Shown here: one piece after another, positions 24,500 to 33,500 of the stretch | Layout of the letters: the number at the start of each line of letters is the position of its first letter | Numbering within the stretch: position 1 is the stretch's first letter | DNA from: an uncultured archaeon | GTDB taxonomy: Archaea; Aenigmatarchaeota; Aenigmatarchaeia; Aenigmatarchaeales; Aenigmatarchaeaceae | Reading direction: 5' to 3' | DNA length: 39,319 nucleotides | NCBI GenBank assembly: GCA_964651405.1 | Contig: CAZYZB010000001.1 | Location: 6,888-46,206, forward strand | Made by a program: the position numbers and the translations under genes | Notes under the pieces: model-generated | What the model was told of the DNA's origin: nothing | Seen by the model: only the letters and a program-made list of their open reading frames with translations | Database searches by the model: none

Positions 24500-26409
24500 G
24501 TTAGTCTTTTAAGACTACTAAGTATTTCAGCTTTTCTCTGTGATTCTGACTTGTTAATTTTATTTATCTTTTTTGCTTTAGTTGGTTTTGGTACTTTAGG
24601 CTTGGCTTTTTTTGGCTTGAACACCTTTTTAGGATAAATCTTCGGTTTTCTTTCTTTTTTCTCAATAACCTTTTTTTGAACTTGTTTTTTCTTCACTTCT
24701 TTTTCAATTTTTTTAATATTTTCTGGAGTTTCAGTAATTTCTTCTTCATCTACTATTTCATTTTTTTTAGTAGTTTCACTTTTCTTAGGTTTTTCAGTTT
24801 CTTCCTTTTCTTCATGTTCCTCCTCAGCTTTTTTTGTCTTAGGAGATTCAACCTCCTCTTCCTTTTCAGAGGTCTTTAAAAATTCTCCAACTTTTTTCCA
24901 TTCATCTTCTAAGCTGAGTCTTATTTCTTCTAATCTTTTCAAGTTTGCATCTTTGATGTTTGTGAATTCATCTTTTGATATTTTTCCTCTTTCATGCTGC
25001 TCTTCTAAGGATTCTAAAAGTAATTTTATATCTTCTCTTTCTTTTCTAAGATTGATTATATCCTCAGGTAATTTTAGTTCTGCTATGGGGAGAACCTTCT
25101 TTATGTCTTCGATTTGTTTTTTAATCAGCATGTTGTCTTCTTTGAAAGCGTCCAGATCCTTTTTGGTTATATATCCTTCAAACTTTACGTTCAAAGAATC
25201 AATATTTTTTATTACATCCTTTAAGCTTTCGTTGAAATCTTCTTGTTTAGATTTTATTATTAAAAGATCTTGTAAACCTCTGTTAAGGTCTATGAACATC
25301 TTTTCTGTTTTAGTTCCTATTCTTTCTATATACTTCATTACCTCGTTTATCTCTTCCAATTTTTTCTGAACTTGTTGATTTACATTTGTCAAATTTTCAA
25401 TTCCACCGATGCTCTTAAGTAATTCAAAAACTTTATTTATTTTTTCTCCAGCATCTTCTGCTTTCTTGCTAAGCTTTTCTAATTCAAGTTGATTTTTTTC
25501 GAAATTCTCGTTATATTCTCTGAATTTTTTCTGAATCTCTTGTGGTTTAACTTCGGATATTTCATCTTCTATTCTTTCCATTTTTAATGAGACTTCTTTT
25601 AGTTCAGCATCTGCTTGGAAGACCATTGACCTTAACTCTCCTATATTCTCAGAAAGGCCTCTAGCAGTTTCATCAGTTACCTTACCACTTTCTCTTACTG
25701 TATCAATCATTACCTTTAATTTTTCTATTTCTACACTGTAATCAGTGTCATTTGTTTTATTTTTTTCTGCACCTGAAGATTCAGGAACACTTTCAGCTGA
25801 TGCTTCAGGTAAAGGCTTCGCTCCTTCTTTTTTACCAAATATAGATTTTAATAGTCCACCAGATTTTTTCTCTTTCGAATCTTCTTTTCCTTCTTCTGTT
25901 TGGCCTTCTGATTGTTCTTTTACTTGTTGAGCTAATCTTTCTATTACCTCAGGAGTTATTTCAGTAATTTCTTCTTCCTTTTCCTTAGATTTTTTATCTT
26001 TTACTGGCGGATCATCAGTTGTAGGCTGTTCTGTATATTGTTTAGGTTGTTCAATAGATCCAGATTCTTTCTTCTTTCCAAATATTGATTTAAAGAAACC
26101 TCCTTTCCTTTCTTCCTTTTTAGGTTCTTCATGCATCTCTTTTTCCACTACTTCTTCAACTTTTTTTAAATGTTCCTCAACCTCTTTTGGTTCCACTTCT
26201 TCATTTTCTTCTTCCTCAATCTCTTCTTCAGTTTCTTTTTTCTTTTCAATCTTAGAATCGTTTTTTAGCATTTTATTATATTTTTCTTTCAAATCCTTGT
26301 ATTGCTTTTCAGAAATATTTGCCTTTCTGTACTCGCTTTCTAAGTGTAACAATGAATTCCTTACATCTTCTTTTGGTTCTTTATTAGGTTCTTCAGCTTT
26401 CCTTTTCAT
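24496..26409 (-). CDS. Highly charged (K/E-rich) 637-aa cytoplasmic coiled-coil protein with two MinD-MTS-like amphipathic motifs and two SHOCT-like motifs
   Basis: Its ATG lies 1 nt after the giant gene's stop (TAGaATG), so it is probably co-translated with it. It has no hydrophobic segment. The amphipathic motifs are GGFFKSIFGKKKES and GGLLKSIFGKKEGA. A central ~250-aa heptad-rich region is followed by a Lys-rich C-terminal tail. Confidence 0.75.
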   Translation of the reverse strand: MKRKAEEPNKEPKEDVRNSLLHLESEYRKANISEKQYKDLKEKYNKMLKNDSKIEKKKETEEEIEEEENEEVEPKEVEEHLKKVEEVVEKEMHEEPKKEERKGGFFKSIFGKKKESGSIEQPKQYTEQPTTDDPPVKDKKSKEKEEEITEITPEVIERLAQQVKEQSEGQTEEGKEDSKEKKSGGLLKSIFGKKEGAKPLPEASAESVPESSGAEKNKTNDTDYSVEIEKLKVMIDTVRESGKVTDETARGLSENIGELRSMVFQADAELKEVSLKMERIEDEISEVKPQEIQKKFREYNENFEKNQLELEKLSKKAEDAGEKINKVFELLKSIGGIENLTNVNQQVQKKLEEINEVMKYIERIGTKTEKMFIDLNRGLQDLLIIKSKQEDFNESLKDVIKNIDSLNVKFEGYITKKDLDAFKEDNMLIKKQIEDIKKVLPIAELKLPEDIINLRKEREDIKLLLESLEEQHERGKISKDEFTNIKDANLKRLEEIRLSLEDEWKKVGEFLKTSEKEEEVESPKTKKAEEEHEEKEETEKPKKSETTKKNEIVDEEEITETPENIKKIEKEVKKKQVQKKVIEKKERKPKIYPKKVFKPKKAKPKVPKPTKAKKINKINKSESQRKAEILSSLKRLT

Positions 26410-26410
26410 T

Positions 26411-27526
26411 CTACTTCATCTTTTCAATTCTTTTCTCAATGGATTCTAAATATGTCTCTGCCATCTTAAATGCAGCTGTTTTTACTTTATCCTTTACAAT
26501 ATTTAATTCAACTTCTATATCATAAGTATCTATTTTATTGGTTTTCATCTTTCCTATTACAGCATCAACAGCTTCTATCCTCTTATTCAATTTTATGTAT
26601 GTGTCAATTTCTTCATCTGTTAATGCAAATGGTGAGTGCAACAAAGGTCTAAAACTAAGGAACCACGGTCTTCCATTGTTATATTCTGGGTTCTGGAATA
26701 GGCCGGTTCCGATGGTAAGCCTAGTGACCTTAGATGCATAATCCACGCCGTACTTTGATTTTACTCTTCCTATGTCACCTTCATACTTTGTTCTCAACTG
26801 TATTTCGTTTGCTATGTTAGCTCTTATTGCACCCTTGAAGTCTAACAACACCTGTGATATTAGGAATACGCCGATGCCCCACTTTCTGAATTCTCTACAT
26901 GCTCTTTCTATTGCTATATAGCCGCCTTTACCTCCATACTTTGGCAACAATCTGTGGACTTCGTCGTATACAAGTAAGAGCTTAATTTGTTTAGACTCTC
27001 CTGGTCTCATATCGAATATTGCCTGTATGCTTCTTCTGACGAAATGATCAAGTTTTTCAGCAGGCAGTCTGTTCATTACAAATACTGTTATTTCTCCTGG
27101 AATCATGTACTTCTTTATGTCAATCTGCATGTCCGGGTCTTCAACTAAAATTATGTTTGTCTTAAAGCTTCTGACATCTGTTGGCTTCAATCCGAACTTC
27201 GGATATAAGTCAATCATTGCCTGTAATTTACATGGTTTCATGAAACCTGTCCATTGTGCTGTAGGATCAAAGACTATGATAGGTACTTTTCTCTTCAAAA
27301 GTTCTTCTGAACATACTTGTGCAGAAACGGACTTACCGGAACCTGTTCCTCCTGCGGCTATCGAGTGCATTACAAGCTGTGGAATGTTTATGTAGGCTTT
27401 TACATCAGTTTCTGCAACTCTACCGACTTCTATTGCATCTGGACCTGCTTTTGGAAGTGTGTTAAAGTCAAGAGGAGCTACGTATCTTGCTTTTGCTATC
27501 TTAGATGCTCTATAAGATGAGTACCA
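26411..27526 (-). other. Cytoplasmic HerA/FtsK-superfamily (DUF87-like) P-loop ATPase domain of the giant protein
   Basis: The Walker A is HSIAAGGTGSGKSVSAQV (GTGSGKS at ~27329-27349), followed by IIVFDPTAQWTGF. The Walker B is KLLLVYDEVHRLLP (~26944-26990). GIGVFLISQ plus the IRANIANEIQLR region is typical of HerA/FtsK-type ATPases. This domain contains no N-x-S/T sequons. Confidence 0.75.
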
Positions 27527-30500
27527 TCTCATGAATATTATTATGAGTGGAACTCCTACCAGCAGGACAACATAAGTTAGCCAATTAAGGAATACAGATC
27601 TTAATATTAATAATGGCCAAGGTAAACTGCTTACATCAAAATTATCAGTTGATGTTGCAAACTTCTTTCCATACCAATATGACGCATTAGCTTCAAGTAT
27701 GTATTTATCTTCTGGAGTTTTTGCCGGTATGTTAATAGTGCTTCTATAAGTTGCTACATCTTCTACTGCTAGTGTTTCTTTTGAACTCGTTACAATATAT
27801 GATTGATTGTTCAATGCATACACACTGTAAGTAACGGTTATATCCTCTACCTTTGCTGTCTCACCCATATTCATTAAAGATATTTCAAACGAAAGATTTG
27901 AGCCAGGACTAACTTCTTTTGACAAAATCTTTACCTTAACATCGAGCAAAGGTTCTATTAAGGCCTGAACATTAACTGTTACAGGTGTTCTATGAGTTAC
28001 AGCACCTGCCTTAACTACTATCTCACCTGTGTAGATTCCAGGGATTGTTTTTGTTGATGCCGCAGCTTTTATTTCTATTACTTCTGTTGATTTACGTCCT
28101 ATAGTTAAAACTGGCTTTTGTATAGTTAACAACTTGAAAACAGGTCCTTCTGCAACAACTGTTGCTGATACTGAAGTTTCTAAATTATTTGTTACATCTA
28201 CTGAAAATGTCTTTTCCTCTCCAGGTGCTAGTGTAGTTTCTATCAATGTTGACTTTACTTCTAATGGTACTGGTGTTACTGGTACACTTGGTACTCCTCC
28301 GGCTCCTGCAGCTCCTCCTCCACCTGCTCCACCAGCACCTCCTGCGCCCGCTCCTCCGCCTGCGCCCCCTCCACCACCTCCACCTCCTCCGCCTGGTGGT
28401 GTTGGAGGTATTGGAATATACGGGCAATCTGTTGGACAGTTTGTTGTGCTTTCACCATAACTTGAATCACACTCTCCATTTCCACAAATATACTCTGCTA
28501 ATATGTAAGCTCCATTAAGTGTTGTGTTGACACTAACGCTCAGACTGGTTAGGTTTACAGAACCGTCTGAATTATCATATCCAACATTACTTATTCTCGT
28601 CCAAAGAGTATTTTGTGCTGTAGTAATTTTTGGTGTCCAATTAGCATTATACCTATAAATTCCTAAATGTTGAGGATCATATATTGGAATGCTGCAACCA
28701 CCGCTTGCACAATCTGAAAAGTCTATTACTATTTTTGCAGACGAATACGGTAAGGAGTTGCTTATGTAAATTCCTTTTAATGCGCTTATTGTAGTTCTAA
28801 CTCTCGGAATGTTGCCTAATGATATTGGGTTATAATAACTGACTGTTATGTTATATCCATAAAGCTTTAGAGTATTCAAAAAGTTTGTAGCATGCGTGCT
28901 TATCTCTAGATTATAGTTCTTTGCATCAATGGTTTCATTATAATAGCCAGTTGATGAATTTGATGTGAAATTAAACCTTAAGGAGTTTGTTCCTAGATCT
29001 AGGAACCTAAAGTTGAAAAGCAATGGATTCTCGCTGGCACTCTCTACATCCTTTGCATAGCCGCTAAATATCACAGTTGGATAAATCTCAAATATAGTAG
29101 TAGTTGAATTACAATTTCCTGACAGATCACATGCTCTCGCATATATGGTGTAATTTCCTAGCTGAGAAGTGTTTGTGAAATTAAATTCATAAATATAAGT
29201 TTCAATGGAAGTTGAGATCAATGCTAGGTTAATTGTTAAATTAGAACTGTCAGGATAGATTATGTTTGAGGTTAAATTCTTAAGAATTCCAGATTCGATT
29301 ATAATCTCCCTTATGTTAAGAGTTGTGTTCGCAGGTATTCTGACTGGTATGCTTATGTTTATTTTAGGAGCAGTAGAGTCATTATAGACAATAGAGTTAT
29401 ATTTTACATCCGACCTCGTATTGTTGTAAGTGCCATTGTGACTTGCTGTTACATTTAAATTATAGGCTCTTTCTAAAGCAAAGTTTGGTGCTGTGAAGTT
29501 TACTAGCCATAGATTCTGAGGCGAGTCAAATGACGAGCTAGCAACAGTTACGTTAGATATAGTGTCATTAAACAACTTTATTACAAATGTTGTGTTTGAG
29601 TTTACTATGGTTCCATTTTCCGTTACATTAACCTTTACCTGTATCACATTGCCTGGATTTACTCCAAGCTTTGGATTTGTTTCATTTGGGTATATTATCT
29701 TTACATTGTATGGAGTTACAAACAAACTCACGAAAGTTGATTTTTCTTTTTGAGAGGCATTTTCTCTTAGAGCTCCTGTAAGGTTAGTAGTAATGTAACC
29801 AGTATAATTAGTGTCGTATACTATGCTTGGAGAGGAATAATTAATCTTAATAGTTTTCATTTCTCCATAGCTTATATTAGTGAAATTACCAAGTGTCAAA
29901 TAAGGTGCTATTGTTCCGTTGACAGTTATTTCTAAAGGTACTTGAGAGTTTCCGGTGTTAGTAATATTTATTTCTCCATATATTCCTGTTTCATTGTCAA
30001 GTATTCTCTTGTATATTTCTGTTGGCTGATGAATCCAAGACGTGTTTGCAGGAACAAGTATGCTAACTGGTAAAGTGGTTGAAAAGTTTTGAGATTGTAT
30101 ACTATCAAACCAATTAACAGAAATTGTTCCAGTATGAGTGCCGGTCGGATAATTATAAGGAATTATGAAAGTTATGTTAACGTAAGTTATGTTGCCTATA
30201 GGCAGTTGAGATATGTTTTGAGGGTTAAGAGTAACATTAAAGTTCTGACAAACTATGCCTGATATACAGTTCAAAGAAATATTTGTAGCATTGTCATTAC
30301 CAATAGACCTTAATGTTATATTTATAGTTTCGTTGGTTGCAGCAAAGATCAATCTGTTTATTTCATTCTCTACTATGTCTATGAAAGGATTACGTGTAAC
30401 ATTTAATTCAAGTGTTGCTTTACTTGAATTGAAAGTGTTGTTTAAGTTAGTCCAATTAGCATTAAAATCAACATAATAAATTCCAGGCTGGGTTGCATTT

Positions 30501-33500
30501 GAAACAGTAATTGTGGTTGTATTATATTGAGAAGCATTTCTGACTAATATTGCGTATGAATAATTATTTGGTGAGGCAGTTACGTTGATAGAGCTGTTTA
30601 TTGAAGCATTTATGTTCGTTGCTCTTGAACCTCCAATGTTGCTTACAGAGAAGTTTATTACAAAACTTTGGCCCCACTCTTGTGTTATGTTTGTTATTTT
30701 TATCAAGGTTGCATTGGGTGTTATTTGAATTATTGTTGTATCAGAGCTTGTGATATTATACGGAGAAGTACATGTTATAAGCGATGCTGTATCATTAGCA
30801 CAAATTATAATTTGGTGAGTCCCTGCTATCGGATAAACGTAAGTTGTATTATAAATATTACTCGAGTAATTTTGCAGTAGCATTATAAAACTAGAACTGT
30901 TCGGAGGAGTTATATTTACCCAAGCTTTATCAACTGCTATGTTATCAGTTATTCTTGCTTGTATAGAAACATTTTCATAGCCAAATTCAAACTGCATCGG
31001 ATTTATATTAATATCAGTTATTATCGGTGGGATATCTCTTGTATCTAAAGTAAGATTAATAACTTTACTTGATGGAGTTCCAGAAGATGTTAATGTTATT
31101 GTGGCATTCCACAGCTGCTGAACTGCATTTGTAGGAGTTATCCAACCTATTAACAAATCTTTTCTTGCTTGTTTCTCTAACTCAAATGCGTATGGGAATG
31201 TTGTGTTTTCTATTGTTAGATACCCGTTATCTCCGGTGTTAAATGTCTCAAATTGCAATTTAACATTTCCTATATTGCTAACATTTATGTATCCTATGGT
31301 ACCATTTGTGTTTGGTGGAGCGCTTATCGTGCCAAAAGATTCAGGTATTCTTTCCCATGAGTTATTTGTTGGAACTGTTATATTCATGAAGACATATTTT
31401 TCACCAGCGTTGCTTGATGAAACATTTATGTAAGACCAATAATTTCCTGGAGGCTGTCCTGCAGGAACTTGTATTTTAACTACTACTGAAGCATTGCTAC
31501 CAGGCTCTAATGTTCCAGGTTTTTCTGGTATAAATGTTACAATACAAGATGGACATGCATAAACAATGTTTCCTGGCTGATTTTGTGGAAGCAATGAAAC
31601 CATTATACTCGTTACTCTGTAGTTTCCACCAGAGAGAGCCGTAAAGTTACCTACAGTGGTTTCTTTATCATGCGGAGTAGTTTGATATATTGAAGTCGGT
31701 GAAACATCAAGTATTGGATTTGAAGAAACCAATATATCTGTTAAGTTCATTGTTTCATTTAATGTCAAGTCAGGATTTCTCCAACTACCAACAGTGTATG
31801 CTTTAATTAGGCTAGGGATAGTTTTTGTTGGAACAGTTACATTGAATATCCAAGAGCATACTTGATTAGCATAAAGTGTGCCGCAATATTTATAAGAGTC
31901 ATTATAAGATATTGATCCAGATGGATTTTCTTGGTGAGTAAGATTTACATTGTAAGCAGTTGCTGGACCTAAATTTGTGAAATTAGTATACACAGTAAAG
32001 GTATAACCATGGGTTTGATTGACTCCAAATGCAGTAATGCTTAGAGGAGATTGCTGAACGAAACCATTTATTTTACCCCACACACTTAAGTTTCCAGCAT
32101 AGCTGCTATTTATGTTATACTCTGGTCCAGAGTCTTTTGCAAATATACTAACATTATAAAACCCTTCTATAGGGGCAGTATAATTAGCACTATATATTGC
32201 CCTATAAAATCCAAACCCTGTTTCAGGAATAGTGATATTGCTCATGTAAACAATAACTGTTCCATTTGGCGCTGTTATATTAGCCCAAACAGAATCTATT
32301 TCATAATTATCTTCAACTTTTGCTGTTATATTCGTTATATTCAAATTAGCTTCTATGCTTTCATTTGGTATCATTGAAATATTGTAAATTTTAGGAGCTT
32401 CTATATCTTTTATCCAAAGAGTTTCAACATCATTTGGTATATTTGCTGTATAGAATTGAGTATCGTTGTTACCGATAGTGCAATTAAATGTAATATTTCC
32501 TTTTTGAGTTGGTATAAAATTATAGTTAGCATAACCAGTAGAATTGGTTTGATATGTTCCGTTAAATGTAAAGTCTGATGCTGGCTCCCACTTATAAGAA
32601 AAGTTAATGGCGTAATCTGCTATGCCTGAAGATGAAGCTTGATCTTTAACAAAACATGTTGGATAAAACATGTTTGGATAAGATACTATACCAGTTGGTG
32701 ATATCCATTCAACAGCAGATATACCAGTTATGTTAATACTCACATTTTTACTTCCGTCATCATAATAAGGCTTAATTGCTACTGCCATTATTTGATGTGG
32801 ACCTGTTTTTTGTTGAATGACAGTTGGTAAAGGCATAGTTGTATCGTTACCTTCTGCCAACTGAATAGTTTCATTATACCATTTGATTGTTGGATTAATT
32901 ATGCTAAAACTTTCCTCATTTTCTGTTGTTCCATTTGCCCTTAAAACTATGAATGTAGACTTTGGACAAATCAAACCACTCGCACCACAATGATCAGTAT
33001 CAGGAGGAGATATTATTGTTGTATTAAGAATTCCTTTAACTGTTATTGATGTGTTGTTTGTTTGAGAATTTTCATTTTGTGAATTGGTTGCATTAATGTA
33101 AATAGTATATGGTCCAGGAGTGAATGTATCATCTGGATTGAAGTTAATCAAAGAGCACCAGCCTGTAATATTTGTTGTACAGTTTCCTAGCAAACTAGTT
33201 GAGCTATAGAAGTAAACAGATGAATTATCAGCATCTCCTATGTCAGCATCTTTAGTGTGAGCAGTTATATTTGTCTGGTGAGGGTTGAAAGAATCATTTC
33301 TATATATACTATCATATTGTCTTATTATTTGATCAATTATCAAAGGTCGTGAGAGAATTACCCAGCTTTCTCTCTTTGATATGGATGCATTATAATAAAC
33401 TGTTGTGTTATCTTCTATTTTGCAAGTTAAATTATACCAGCCAGCACTTTCAGTTGAGGTATACCAAGTTTTATTAGCATAACCGTTTGAGTCAGTTGAT

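Noticed and set aside
24502-24517. The 16-nt palindrome TAGTCTTTTAAGACTA just past the stop of the plus-strand 100-aa gene, as a possible bidirectional terminator hairpin.
   Set aside because: The stem is short with an almost absent loop, and it lies within coding sequence of the 637-aa gene (…SLKRLT). Archaeal termination usually relies on oligo-T rather than hairpins, so this is too weak to call.
24676-25930. Plus-strand F/L/S-rich ORFs (24676-24879, 24953-25369, 25745-25930) and other antisense ORFs inside long genes (for example 7192-7377, 8035-8526, 14805-15062, 17589-18269, 20064-21055 and 26470-36918).
   Set aside because: An antisense reading of K/E-rich (AAR/GAR) coding sequence gives F/L/S-rich pseudo-proteins. 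Every one is nested within a much longer, better-supported ORF.
26411-27526. A HerA-NurA DNA end-resection role for the ATPase domain.
   Set aside because: The domain is tethered to the membrane behind a TM helix as part of a surface protein. No NurA, Mre11 or Rad50 genes are adjacent.
28134-28518. Four track ORFs (both strands) encoding poly-Pro/Ala, Arg/Trp-rich or Leu/His-rich peptides over the GC-rich tract.
   Set aside because: They are alternate-frame or antisense readings of the in-frame Gly/Ala/Pro linker of the giant gene. The 12.9-kb frame is continuous through this region, so these are artefacts of low-complexity GC-rich triplets.
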